From contig JAQGDQ010001162.1 in assembly GCA_030141605.1 (NCBI GenBank), positions 1-58,185 of the forward strand: a DNA stretch of 58,185 nucleotides, written 5' to 3'. Below, in pieces: positions 24,901 through 33,655 of the stretch. Numbering within the stretch: position 1 is the first letter of the stretch; each line of letters opens with the position of its first letter. Below the pieces are notes generated by a model. It worked only from the letters and a program-made list of their open reading frames with translations. It had not been told where the DNA came from and searched no databases. Made by a program: the position numbers and the translations under genes. Source of the stretch: Tubiluchus corallicola. Its lineage: Eukaryota > Animalia > Priapulida.

Positions 24901-27900
24901 TTTAATCTCAATTTTTTGCAAACTCGGCCTTCGAACAGCTCGGTTTCCGCGGTCACATACATCTCGCATCACTGAAGGAGCTTCCTACATACCGTTTGCA
25001 CTGAATGTGCAGCAATAATCCATAAAAATATGGGTAAAAGTACAGAAAAGTACAGGTTTAGATACACCCTCGGTCTGACTCAACTTCGGCTACATGGGAC
25101 ATCGGATATAAGGGACGTTTTTTTCCGATCCCGAGGTGTGCCTTATATCCGAGGTTGAGATGTTTAAGAAAGTGCGAAGACGCCTCTAAGTGTCTTTTTT
25201 TGACAATTTCTCAGCTTTACTAGAAACTTTTAATTACACTTATTTGCAATAAATATTAATAAACAGTTTGTACAAATGAAAATTAAGGCGGGAAAAGGTG
25301 TTATGAAAATTAAGGCGGGAAAAGGTATTATAAAAATTAAGGCGGGAAAAGGTATTATAAAAATTAAGGCGGGAAAAGGTGTTATGAAAATTAAGGCGGG
25401 AAAAGGTGTTACGAAAATTAAGGCGGGAAAAGGTGTTATGAAAATTAAAGCGGGAAAGGTGTTATGAAAATTAAGGCGGGAAAAGCTGTTATGAAAATTA
25501 AAGCGGGAAAGGTGTTATGAAAATTAAGGCAGGAAAAGGTGTTACGAAAATTAAGGCGGGAAAAGGTGTTATGAAAATTAAAGCGGGAAAGGTGTTATGA
25601 AAATTAAGGCGGGAAAAGCTGTTATGAAAATTAAAGCGGGAAAGGTGTTATGAAAATTAAGGCGGGAAAAGCTGTTATGAAAATTAAAGCGGGAAAGGTG
25701 TTATGAAAATTAAGGCAGGAAAAATTGTTATGAAAATTAAAGCGGGAAAGGTGTTATGAAAATTAAGGCAGGAAAAGGTGTTGTGGAAATTAAAGTGGGA
25801 AAAGGTGCTATGAAAATTAAGGCAGGAAAAGGTGTTATGAAAATTAAGGCGAGAAAAGGTGTTATGAAAATTAAGGCGGGAAAAGGTGCTATGAAAATTA
25901 AGGCGGGAAAAGGTGTTATGAAAATTAAGGCGGGAAAAGGTGCTATGAAAATTAAGGCGGGAAAAGGTGTTATGAAAATTAAAGCGGGAAAAGGTGTTAA
26001 CTACACATTGAATGCAGCAAGTTATTTCCTGTCTATGAACTGGACTGGGATCTCTTTTCCTGGTGTCAGCAGACCCACAACCGTCACGTTTAATTTTCCA
26101 TTTCCGTGCAGTTTTAGCTCGAACTCTTGCACCAGCCTAGCCAACATTAGATATAGTTCTAACTCAGCAACCCGCCTTCCAATGCAACTCCGAACCCCGA
26201 GTCCGAACGGTTGCGAAGCGTACGGATCGGGAAGCTTTTGCTCGTTTGTCCTCAGCCAGCGGGACGGTTTGAATTTCTCAGCTTCCGGAAACAGCTCTTC
26301 ATCTCTACCCATGTGGTAATAGTTGGCAAAACATATGGTACCTTTAGGTACCCTGTAACCTGACATCACTATATCCCTCTCGGGCATTCTTGCTATCCCC
26401 GTTGTGATTGGATAAAGTCTAAGCGTTTCCTTGACGACGGCTTTCATGTATGACATGTGACCGAGGTCACTGGCAGTCAGCTTCCGGTCGCCCGTGATTG
26501 ACATGACTTCGTTCCGCAGCAGTTCTTGTGTGTCTGGATTTTCAGCTAAGAGGTGTATGGCGAAGCAGAGCGCATTGGACGTCGTGTCGACTCCGGCTAG
26601 TAGCAGCTCTGTCATCATGGCGTACGCTTCTTTTCGCGTCAAGTTCGGATTAGATATGACAAAATTCAGGAACGACGCACTAGCTTCTCCGCCATGCTCT
26701 TCTTCTTTGTCCAGCTGCTTCACTTTTTCGTCGATAACTTTCCTTGCGTAACCGAAGATTTCGTTGAATGCCGCGGCGAAGGTTTTCCACATTGGCGTGT
26801 TCAGCTTCTGTTGCTGTTTTGCAAACGTCTGCACGTAATTAGAGTACTTGAACGTAGTAGCAACAGCATCTATAAATCTCTGCGATTCTGGCGGAGTTGG
26901 TTCCCTCAAACATCCCAATCTTTTCTCGAACAGAATGGAGGCAATCGATTCCATGGACCACTTGTAAGCTTCGTTCGTCATTCCCGGAATGATGACGCCA
27001 CCGCCGGTCGTGTCGCGCAAATGCCTAATCCTTGCTATCATGTCTGTTATGACTTCATTTATCACCTTGTCATTTTCCAGTAGCAGTTGTGGTCGCAGCA
27101 TTTTCTTGCTCGCCGCTTTACGCAGACGTCCCCAGTGTTCTCCTTCAGCCGTGAGGAATGATTGTGCTTCATTAGCTGCGTCACGCCACAGCACCCAGCT
27201 GTCCATGGGTGCCCTTCGAGGGTACTCTCCTGTACTGCGCATCATACAGCGAATCTCGGTCGGATCACACGTCTGAACCATGTCCCATATTCCAACCTTG
27301 GTCCTCATGGTCTTCGCTCCAAACTTCTTAAAGTCTTTGCTCATCAATTCATGGAATTTGTACTGCCTGGCAACCTTTGAAACAAAACTCAAGAACCCCA
27401 CAAGCCCCTTTTCTCCGGGCATTTCGGAGAACTCTTTAATGTTTTCATTTTTGGCAGCTGTTTCCGTAGTTGCAGCTTGGACACCGGTCACGTATGTTGC
27501 TTTTGACGTGAACAAAACTCTTAAAATGCCACATTGCCTCATAGCTGATATGATTGTTGCTCTCTCAGCCATTGCAGCAGCCCAACAAATAGCTCTTATA
27601 CACTAAAATACAAATGCATCAACTGACAGCTCATATACACTAAAATACAAATGCACCAACTGACAGCTCATATGCACTAAAATACAAATGCATCAACTGA
27701 CAGCTCATATGCACTAAAATACAAATGCATCAACTGACAGCTCATATGCACTAAAATACAAATGCATCAACTGACAGCTCATATGCACTAAAATTTAAAT
27801 GCACCAACTGATAGCTCATATACACTAAAATTTAAATGCACCAACTGTTAGCTCATATACACTCAAATTTAAATGCACCAACTGTGAGCTCATATACACT

Positions 27901-30900
27901 AAAATTTAAATGCACCATCTGATAGCTCATATACACTAAAATTTAAATGCACCAACTGATAGCTCATATACACTAAAATTTAAATGCAGCAACTGTGAGC
28001 TCATATACACTCAAATTTAAACGCACCAACTGTAAGCTCATATACACTAAAATTTAAATGCACCAACTGATAGCTCATATACACTAAAATTTAAATGCAC
28101 CAACTGATAGCTCATATACACTAAAATTTAAATGCACCAACTGATAGCTCATATACACTAAAATTTAAATGCACCAACTGATAGCTCATATACACTAAAA
28201 TTTAAATGCACCAACTGATAGCTCGTATACACTCAAATTTAAATGCATCAACTGATAGCTCATATATTCTCAAATATAAATGCACCAACTGATAGCTCAT
28301 ATACAGTAAAATTTAAATGTACCAACTGTTACCTCATATACACTAAAATTTAAATGCACCAACTGATAGCTCGTATACACTCAAATTTAAATGCACCAAC
28401 TGATAGCTCATATACACTAAAATTTAAATGCACCAACTGATAGCTCATATACACTAAAATTTAAATGCACCAACTGATAGCTCATATACACTAAAATTTA
28501 AATGCACTATCTGATAGCTCATATACACTAAAATTTACATGTACCAACTGATAGCTCATATACACTAAAATTTAAATGCACCAACTGATAGCTCGTATAC
28601 ACTCAAATTTAAATGCACCAACTGATAGCTCATATACACTAAAATTTAAATGTACCAACTGTTAGCTCATATACACTAAAATTTAAATGTACCAACTGTT
28701 AGCTCATATACACTAAAATTTAAATGCACCAACTGATAGCTCATACACGCTCAAATTTAAATGCACCAACTGTTAGCTCATATACACTCAAATTTAAATG
28801 CACCAACTGTTAGCTCATATACACTCAAATTTAAATGTACCAACTGATAGCTCATACACGCTCAAATTTAAATGCACCAACTGTTAGCTCATATACACTC
28901 AAATTTAAATGCACCAACTGTTAGCTCATATACACTCAAATTTAAATGCACCAACTGATAGCTCATATACACTAAAATTTAAATATTTCCTATTAAATAA
29001 ACCTTTTAAATGTTTACTAAAAATGTTTGCTGGAATAACTTTCACTAGAACTGCAAGTCATTCTTGCACTGTAGTTATGCGTCAGCACACAAAGCTGCTG
29101 TAAAAAAGGCAGGTGACTGGATATTTAGAATAGCACAGTGCTAAGTTCAAGGCCATTTCACTCACTCAGCAGTAGAACTGTGTAGCAGTCTAGACTATTT
29201 TCTCCTAGCTTGACCCACAGCAAGTTTCATTAGACGTCAAGGATTTTCTACGAATTTTTAAGTTTCTAAAAACTTAATTAATTAGGGTCTTAATTAAATT
29301 AAATTTAAAGTTAAATTCTGCAGTACAATAGCTAGGACCTCAATAATGTAAATTGTAACTGGAAATCATGTTAATTATTTTATGTTATATTTTTATTTTT
29401 GTATATGTTTTTTATTTTTTATTGTTATACTGGATATGAAAAATAAGTTACAAATTACAGTTTATGTTAAACTTTTAGTTTAATATGCATTTTAATAAAC
29501 TAAGCTTTTACGTTAATATATAGAAAAATTTGTCATGCTCTAGCAGTAGGCGTTGGCTGCTGTAGATGTTTGCATCAGAGCCATAACTTAGTTTTTTTAT
29601 CAAAGGCAGTTCTTTTAGGTGAGCCACTGAACCAGTAGAGGTATCTTGGACATGTTCAAATGTCAATACATCTCCCTCAACGAAGTAAGTCATCGGATTT
29701 AGTATGGAGAACGAAACAGTCCAAAACAAGTATTGGTCTCCCAAATGACCACTCATTCACTGACCAACCTCAGTGTTGCTTAGTTTTGGTTGCTAAGCAC
29801 ATGCCACTCGGGTCTACCCTCACCTCTAAGTAACTTCGCTAGTATTAATTTTGATTACTAACGGCAAGTGATCACAAGACACTGTAATTTTTTTTGCAGA
29901 TTGCAAAGCAAATGGCCGTGACTTTGCTGCAGTTTGTGTGGGCTGTAAGATACCACACACAGCCGTAAGTAAGATCCAAGTGCACTGAATTTACAATGTA
30001 TTTATTCAGTATTTCGATGGCAAGTTACTAGCCTGTAAGACAGGGATGAGAATGACAAATTGCAAAAAACTCTGAAACAGGCCGGGGGTTTGAGGGGGGC
30101 AAAGCCCCCTTGGAGCCAGCAACAAATTGCAATTTTGTGACCATAGAGAGCCTCTAAATGGACTTAAAATATCAATTACCTTGTTTAATGCATAATTTAA
30201 AATACCCAACTATCAAGGATACATGATACCTAATTGTCTCAAAAATGCCTAAGTACTGACCGCTCCTATGCAAAAGTATATAAAAACTGTCTGCAATTGA
30301 CTCAAATAACTCCGCACAATTGATTCTACATTTTTATACATGGAGATATACACGTGGTTACACTAATGTACATGATGTAAACAAAGTGACGGCCTGCCAA
30401 CTAGCGGTCAGCTTGTGAGATAATGTTCTGGGTCCGTAAAAATTTTCTCAACAAATTTACGCGACTTACAAAAATGGCACTACTGGTCTTCCAAAAACTC
30501 GGAATTCCGTGTATCCGCGGAAAATTCTCATCCCTGATATAGATCAGCAATAGACCATATTTTTAAAACTGGCTTTTTTCAGATACGTGCGACAGGCTTT
30601 GTTATTTGCCGTTTCCATGGTAACGTTGACCGTACCGGCTCACGTGTTGATGTCTGATTTAAGCAGCGAAATGTTGGAGTGTCGCGAGTGGCTAATAGGT
30701 AAGACTTCTGCGCGGTTTTGATTGGAGTAAGAAACGGAAGGGATGTAGTCATTCACAGATTGAACTTGCAAGCATTTTTCCATGCCCAGCAGAAAAAGCA
30801 GAAAAAATGGAGCCACATTTGAACTCTTCTTCTCAACTTGTGCTTTGTAATTGTGTTGCTTGCAAACCAAAGCCGTCCACAAGTCGGCTTAGTCAAAACT

Positions 30901-33122
30901 AAGTTATGGTGCTTCAAAGTAGAGAGCACCAAAAATTTGGACAAATGGGAATTTTTTGTTTTTTATAAAAATAAACGATAAATATATTGGACTTTTATAT
31001 TCCAGCATCAAATTATCAAGAAAAAATTCAAAAAAATACTAACAATCTAATTTTATAATACCATGTCCACTCTTCTGTCTTGAAACTAGTACTGCAATTG
31101 TAAAAAACTTGTATTTTCAAACTCCGATAGTAGCGCTTGGAAGTAGTCATTTTGCTTTTGGTTTTTTTCTGTTGACAAGACCAGGTCTTCGTCAGGAAGG
31201 GCCGTCTACTGGGTTTAAACGTAACTTCAATGTGTTCTTGTAAAGTCCATAGCAACCACACTTTCGTACAGTTGCTAAGTTTTTTGTAGAAATGCGACAA
31301 AAACAATGGCTGACTTTTAGAGTAGAATATTTTTCTCGAGATTATGTTTTTCAGTGTGCAGCCTGCACCTCAACTTCAATGTAGATAATCTCAGCTTAGA
31401 AATAGCATAGAGCAGACTTACATGCTGTCTTACCGCACATGGGACTCGAGTTCACTTACATGCTGTCTTACCGCACACGGGACTTGAGTACACTTACATG
31501 CTGTCTTACCACACATGGGACTTGAGTTCACTCACATGCTGTCTTACCGCACATGGGACTCTAGTTCACTTACATGCTGTCTTACCGCACATGGGACTCG
31601 AGTTCACTTACATGCTGTCTTACCGCACATGGGACTCGAGTTCACTTACATGCTGTCTTACCGCACACGGGACTCGAGTTCACTTACATGCTGACTTACC
31701 GCACACGGGACTTGAGTACACTTACATGCTGTCTTACCACACATGGGACTTGAGTTCACTCACATGCTGTCTTACCGCACATGGGACTCTAGTTCACTTA
31801 CATGCTGTCTTACCGCACATGGGACTCGAGTTCACTTACATGCTGTCTTACCGCACATGGGACTCGAGTTCACTTACATGCTGTCTTACCGCACACGGGA
31901 CTCGAGTTCACTTACATGCTGTCTTACCGCACACGGGACTCGAGTTCACTTACATGCTGACTTACCGCACATGGGACTCGAGTTCACTTACATGCTGTCT
32001 TACTGCACACGGGACTCTAGTTCACTTACATGCTGTCTTACCGCACATGGGACTCGAGTTCACTTACATGCTGTCTTACCGCACATGGGACTCGAGTTCA
32101 CTTACATGCTGTCTTACTGCACACGGGACTTGAGTTCACTTACATGCTGTCTTACTGCACACGGGACTTGAGTTCACTTACATGCTGTCTTACCGCACAC
32201 GGGACTCTAGTTCACTTACATGCTGTCTTACTGCACATGGGACTCGAGTTCACTTACATGCTGTCTTACCGCACATGGGACTCGAGTTCACTTACATGCT
32301 GTCTTACCGCACATGGGACTCGAGTTCACTTACATGCTGTCTTACCGCACACGGGACTCTAGTTCACTTACATGCTATCTTACCGCACATGGGACTTGAG
32401 TTCACTTACATGCTGTCTTACCGCACATGGGACTTGAGTTCGCTTACATGCTGTCCCATGTGCGGTAAGACAGCATGTAAGTGAACTCAGGTCCCGTGTG
32501 CGGTAAGACAGCATGTAAGTGAACTCAAGTCCCGTGTGCGGTAAGACAGCATGTAAGTGATACAAAATTTCAAAACACATTTTTTAAGCTTTATTTATAA
32601 AGATTATTTTGTTGAGCTCATGAATTTTGATGAAACTGATCAACATTTTCAGACGTAGTGGAACACGACATAGACGTGCAGTGCCAACAGCTTGCTGCTC
32701 AGAATCTGTCTGTCATGGCCGACATGGCTAAAACGGTACGTATCGCATGATGCATGGTAACCTTCTGCATTTTACCAAAGTGCATTACTGATCGCATTCT
32801 CTGATACTTGGCAAAGAAAATTCAGAGAATATAAGAAGTCATAAAGAATTCCCTGCATGGAATTTTCCCTCATTTCCCTTGGAGAATTAACAAAGACATT
32901 TGAATAGAAGTGACGTCTTTTCTAGAACTTTTTTAAAAACTTTGTCCACGACTAATCCCTTGGAACCAGAGCTGATCCATGTACGGGACAATGAAATAAT
33001 CCTTATGTGGAAAGAATGGATGAAGGCTGGCAAAACAAAGAGAAAAAGAACATTTAATTTTGAATAAATAACAGCTATTTGTATTTGTTTTTCAGGACAT
33101 GGCGCTAAATGAACCGACGTGA
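3542..33122 (+). CDS. TELO2: Telomere length regulation protein TEL2 homolog (TTT complex / PIKK co-chaperone), 18 coding exons, ~853 aa
   Basis: Exons 3542-3912, 4463-4654, 6762-6916, 8653-8800, 10200-10371, 11892-12033, 13026-13162, 14178-14392, 15338-15426, 17764-17858, 20523-20711, 22358-22525, 22845-22939, 24392-24494, 29900-29964, 30583-30698, 32653-32735, 33096-33122. All junctions are GT-AG with matching phases; total 2562 nt. Tel2-like motifs: VWGSSSSIKHT, GMIVAEQLS..LKFEYEED, LDSDDDLESYDMS (CK2/PIH1D1-type motif), PVYIRDC, EVAKVLLHL..YLTEQFY..NYNLRQRMDVLEVL, WREIVQQRIESKTRRF, NRFASVAGEFYFPLL, LDLLGEDSLILGRL, FVWAVRYH..YVRQALL. Confidence 0.93.
4463..4654 (+). CDS. TELO2: TELO2 exon 2
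   Basis: tttcAG acceptor, PCSKLDEM..IATLPDRMANKFG, donor AG|GTATCA. Confidence 0.88.
4915..6352 (+). mobile_element. MITE family B (~30-bp TIRs), left TIR split by a LINE insertion
   Basis: TIR GCTTGCAAACCAAAACCGTCCA...TGGACGATTTTGGTTTGCAAGC; homologous to 15607-16272 and 30851-31412. Confidence 0.8.
4936..5656 (-). mobile_element. 5'-truncated CR1/L2-type LINE 3' end with (TATTAC)n tail and 7-bp TSD
   Basis: ORF 5264-5671 is an ORF2 C-terminus (LLKLNDIY..HSYNTR..LWNSLP); TSD ACCAAAA at 4929-4935 and 5657-5663. Confidence 0.85.
6762..6916 (+). CDS. TELO2: TELO2 exon 3
   Basis: ggcAG acceptor, EIFSRAVY..LLGKLCMLGYG, donor G|GTGGGC. Confidence 0.85.
7050..8010 (+). mobile_element. Decayed LINE 3' end
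   Basis: 3' stem-loop GGGATGGC..CGCCATCCC resembling 5030-5070 and 39978-40012; AATAAA plus (TTA)n tail; left boundary approximate. Confidence 0.5.
8653..8800 (+). CDS. TELO2: TELO2 exon 4
   Basis: tttttacAG acceptor, ALFERMM..VPSHSMENVL, donor TG|GTGAGT. Confidence 0.87.
8830..9240 (+). repeat. Internally tandem-duplicated interspersed repeat (units up to ~100 bp)
   Basis: AACGAAGCCAAGACTTCC recurs 4-5 times; 9147-9240 matches the reverse complement of 37841-37935. Confidence 0.75.
9665..10107. repeat. Minisatellite, 63-65-bp unit, ~7 copies
   Basis: TAGAGCTGTTATGTTCTGTGCGCTTAATTCACTTCAACTTTATTTACAACTTTTATCAGTTAGTC. Confidence 0.92.
10200..10371 (+). CDS. TELO2: TELO2 exon 5
   Basis: gcacAG acceptor, ILGDLIIK..LLTNKFLL..LLRNIIGYI, donor AAG|GTATAG. 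Confidence 0.88.
10485..10850. repeat. Degenerate (TAACAT)n simple repeat
   Basis: Hexamer periodicity; source of the NI/LT/ML pseudo-ORFs. Confidence 0.92.
11892..12033 (+). CDS. TELO2: TELO2 exon 6
   Basis: cctAG acceptor, LLDVWGSSSSIKHTSYSQHCYLSRALL, donor A|GTAAGT. Confidence 0.9.
13026..13162 (+). CDS. TELO2: TELO2 exon 7
   Basis: tttcAG acceptor, MKGVETHLHS..GMIVAEQLS..LKFE, donor GAG|GTCAAA. Confidence 0.88.
13369..13818 (+). mobile_element. hAT-like MITE
   Basis: TIR CAGTGGCGGAT...ATCCACCGCTG; TSD not recognisable. Confidence 0.6.
14178..14392 (+). CDS. TELO2: TELO2 exon 8
   Basis: ttctAG acceptor, YEEDEESRQLVML.. acidic linker ..SNLD, donor AG|GTAATT. Confidence 0.87.
14774..15317 (+). 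mobile_element. Kolobok-like non-autonomous element (family D)
   Basis: TTAA|AGGAA...TTCCT|TTAA; inverted homologues at 47858-48403 and ~52438-52983. Confidence 0.78.
15338..15426 (+). CDS. TELO2: TELO2 exon 9
   Basis: tttcAG acceptor, (S)DDDLESYDMSHD..PPVYIRDCID, donor G|GTACGC; too short for the ORF track. Confidence 0.9.
15607..16272 (+). mobile_element. MITE family B, full copy
   Basis: Both TIRs present; colinear with 5664-6352. Confidence 0.8.
16454..16806. repeat. Minisatellite, 23-bp unit, ~15 copies
   Basis: AAGCATTAGCAGTAACGTTGTGT. Confidence 0.93.
17764..17858 (+). CDS. TELO2: TELO2 exon 10
   Basis: tttAG acceptor, LISTEDPCRTEVCLKAAEALI, donor GAG|GTAAGA. Confidence 0.87.
18058..18780. 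repeat. Minisatellite, 73-bp unit, 10 copies, continuing into a family-A-related fragment (to ~18935)
   Basis: TTAGACTCAC recurs every 73 bp from 18061 to 18718. Confidence 0.93.
18964..19033 (-). pseudogene. tRNA-derived sequence (tRNA pseudogene or SINE head)
   Basis: A-box-like TAGCATAGGTGG, B-box-like GGTTCAAATACC, downstream T6; stems imperfect. Confidence 0.5.
19590..20410 (+). mobile_element. CR1-type LINE 3' fragment
   Basis: ORF 19606-19869 CNC..EPVEHFLLHCP..LLLFG..FI..KRF is a typical ORF2 C-terminal zinc motif; AATAAA and short (TAAAC)n tail. Confidence 0.72.
19937..20308. repeat. Minisatellite, 74-bp unit, 5 copies, in a LINE 3' UTR
   Basis: TACTAATGTCTAATGTA recurs at 74-bp spacing. 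Confidence 0.92.
20523..20711 (+). CDS. TELO2: TELO2 exon 11
   Basis: aatAG acceptor, VAVEVAKVLLHL..NYNLRQRMDVLE, donor GAA|GTGAGT. Confidence 0.92.
20757..21145 (+). repeat. 141-bp tandem triplication (~2.75 copies) of a LINE ORF2 C-terminus
   Basis: Identical units at 20757, 20898, 21039; encodes TAPDNWNKISAQVK..SFKKYLKRTILDSYL*. Confidence 0.9.
21792..22090 (+). repeat. Interspersed repeat family F
   Basis: Diverged direct copy at 36856-37150. Confidence 0.7.
22358..22525 (+). CDS. TELO2: TELO2 exon 12
   Basis: tacAG acceptor, VLASAAQSLS..WREIVQQRIESKTRRFGK, donor AAG|GTCGAA. Confidence 0.88.
22845..22939 (+). CDS. TELO2: TELO2 exon 13
   Basis: ttcAG acceptor, ENRFASVAGEFYFPLLQKYD, donor AG|GTAAAC. 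Confidence 0.88.
23963..24434 (+). repeat. 78-bp tandem array, 6 copies, spanning the TELO2 intron 13/exon 14 junction
   Basis: TTAG|GAAAGATCGAGCC with exon-like starts at 24002, 24080, 24158, 24236, 24314, 24392. Confidence 0.95.
24392..24494 (+). CDS. TELO2: TELO2 exon 14 (its acceptor and first ~43 nt are the last unit of a 78-bp tandem array)
   Basis: ttttAG acceptor, KDRATLDLLGEDSLILGRLVYTLGVVLHAAVHTP, donor CCT|GTAAGT. Confidence 0.88.
24657..25162. mobile_element. pogo/Tigger-like MITE
   Basis: Degenerate termini TCAACCTC...GAGGTTGA and repeated CGGATATAAGGGA subterminal motifs. Confidence 0.55.
25276..25999. repeat. Minisatellite, 26-27-bp unit, ~27 copies, directly downstream of the P450 stop
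   Basis: ATGAAAATTAAGGCGGGAAAAGGTGTT. Confidence 0.95.
26022..27572 (-). CDS. Intronless mitochondrial-clan cytochrome P450, CYP27-like, 516 aa, nested antisense in TELO2 intron 14
   Basis: Single ORF. I-helix TELLLAGVDTTSN; K-helix YMKAVVKETLRLYP with the two adrenodoxin-contact-type Lys; FKPSRW; heme motif PFGLGVRSCIGRRVAELE; no N-terminal TM anchor, presequence-like N-terminus followed by MPG. Confidence 0.93.
   Translation of the reverse strand: MAERATIISAMRQCGILRVLFTSKATYVTGVQAATTETAAKNENIKEFSEMPGEKGLVGFLSFVSKVARQYKFHELMSKDFKKFGAKTMRTKVGIWDMVQTCDPTEIRCMMRSTGEYPRRAPMDSWVLWRDAANEAQSFLTAEGEHWGRLRKAASKKMLRPQLLLENDKVINEVITDMIARIRHLRDTTGGGVIIPGMTNEAYKWSMESIASILFEKRLGCLREPTPPESQRFIDAVATTFKYSNYVQTFAKQQQKLNTPMWKTFAAAFNEIFGYARKVIDEKVKQLDKEEEHGGEASASFLNFVISNPNLTRKEAYAMMTELLLAGVDTTSNALCFAIHLLAENPDTQELLRNEVMSITGDRKLTASDLGHMSYMKAVVKETLRLYPITTGIARMPERDIVMSGYRVPKGTICFANYYHMGRDEELFPEAEKFKPSRWLRTNEQKLPDPYASQPFGLGVRSCIGRRVAELELYLMLARLVQEFELKLHGNGKLNVTVVGLLTPGKEIPVQFIDRK
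27590..28985. repeat. Minisatellite, 37-bp unit, ~37 copies, directly upstream of the P450 start
   Basis: ACACTAAAATTTAAATGCACCAACTGATAGCTCATAT. Confidence 0.95.
29900..29964 (+). CDS. TELO2: TELO2 exon 15
   Basis: ttgcAG acceptor, IAKQMAVTLLQFVWAVRYHTQ, donor CC|GTAAGT. Confidence 0.88.
30041..30536 (+). mobile_element. MITE family A, full copy
   Basis: TIRs CAGGGATGAGAAT...ATTCTCATCCCTG; no clear TSD. Confidence 0.82.
30583..30698 (+). CDS. TELO2: TELO2 exon 16
   Basis: tttcAG acceptor, YVRQALLFAVS..EMLECREWLI, donor G|GTAAGA. Confidence 0.9.
30851..31412 (+). mobile_element. MITE family B, right end missing where the 38-bp array begins
   Basis: Left TIR and internal homology to the other two copies. 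Confidence 0.78.
31416..32560. repeat. 38-bp minisatellite: ~27 direct copies then ~2.7 inverted copies
   Basis: ACTTACATGCTGTCTTACCGCACATGGGACTCGAGTTC; orientation switch at ~32453. Confidence 0.95.
32653..32735 (+). CDS. TELO2: TELO2 exon 17
   Basis: tttcAG acceptor, DVVEHDIDVQCQQLAAQNL, donor ACG|GTACGT (read-through would stop about 5 codons later). Confidence 0.85.
33096..33122 (+). CDS. TELO2: TELO2 probable terminal exon 18 (DMALNEPT*)
   Basis: Strong pyrimidine tract plus ttcAG, phase 0, TGA at 33120-33122. Confidence 0.65.
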   Translation, partial: DMALNEPT

Positions 33123-33178
33123 CCAAACTAAACACAGGTGACTTGAACACCCCCACGCGCGTGTTTACAACACTACGC

Positions 33179-33655
33179 CAGGGATGAGAATGACAAATTG
33201 TAACAAACTCTGAAACAGGCCGGGGGTTTTGGGGCCACCTAGACCCACAATGGAGTTCAAGGGGAGCCAGCAACAAATTGCAATTTATGCCCATAGAGAG
33301 CCTCTAAGCGGACTTAAAATATCAGTTACCTTGTTTCATGCATAATTTAAAATACCCAACTATCAAGGATACATGATACCTAATTGCATCAAAAATGCCT
33401 AAGTACTGGCCGCTGCTATGCAAAAGTATATAAAAACTGTCTGCAATTGACTCAAATAACTCCGCACAATTAATTCTGTATTTTTATACATAGAGATATA
33501 CACGTGGTTACACTGATGTACGTGATGTAAACAAAGTGACGGCCTGCCAACTAGCGGTCAGCTTGTGAAATAATGTAATGGGTCCGTAAAACATTTCTCA
33601 ACGAATTTACGCGATTTACAAAAATGGCACTACTGACGGAAAATTCTCATCCCTG
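33179..33655 (+). mobile_element. MITE family A, full copy just after the TELO2 stop codon
   Basis: Same TIRs and internal sequence as 30041-30536. Confidence 0.82.

Noticed and set aside
25276-26319. MKIKAGKGV-repeat ORFs as a protein gene
   Set aside because: Frames are broken by 26-bp units, and the long ORF just runs from the minisatellite into the antisense strand of the P450.
26022-27572. P450 as bacterial horizontal transfer or contamination
   Set aside because: Motifs and length fit the animal mitochondrial clan, and TELO2 exons continue in phase on both sides.
26494-27606. Plus-strand ORFs overlapping the P450
   Set aside because: Antisense shadows of a GC-richer coding sequence; no motifs.
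27590-32560. 37-bp and 38-bp arrays as CRISPR arrays
   Set aside because: Units are head-to-tail with no unique spacers, there are no cas genes, and the context is spliceosomal introns.
31498-32580. Cys/His-rich repeat ORFs (MLSYRTWDSSSLTCC..)
   Set aside because: A 38-bp unit cycling through three frames; not a zinc-finger gene.
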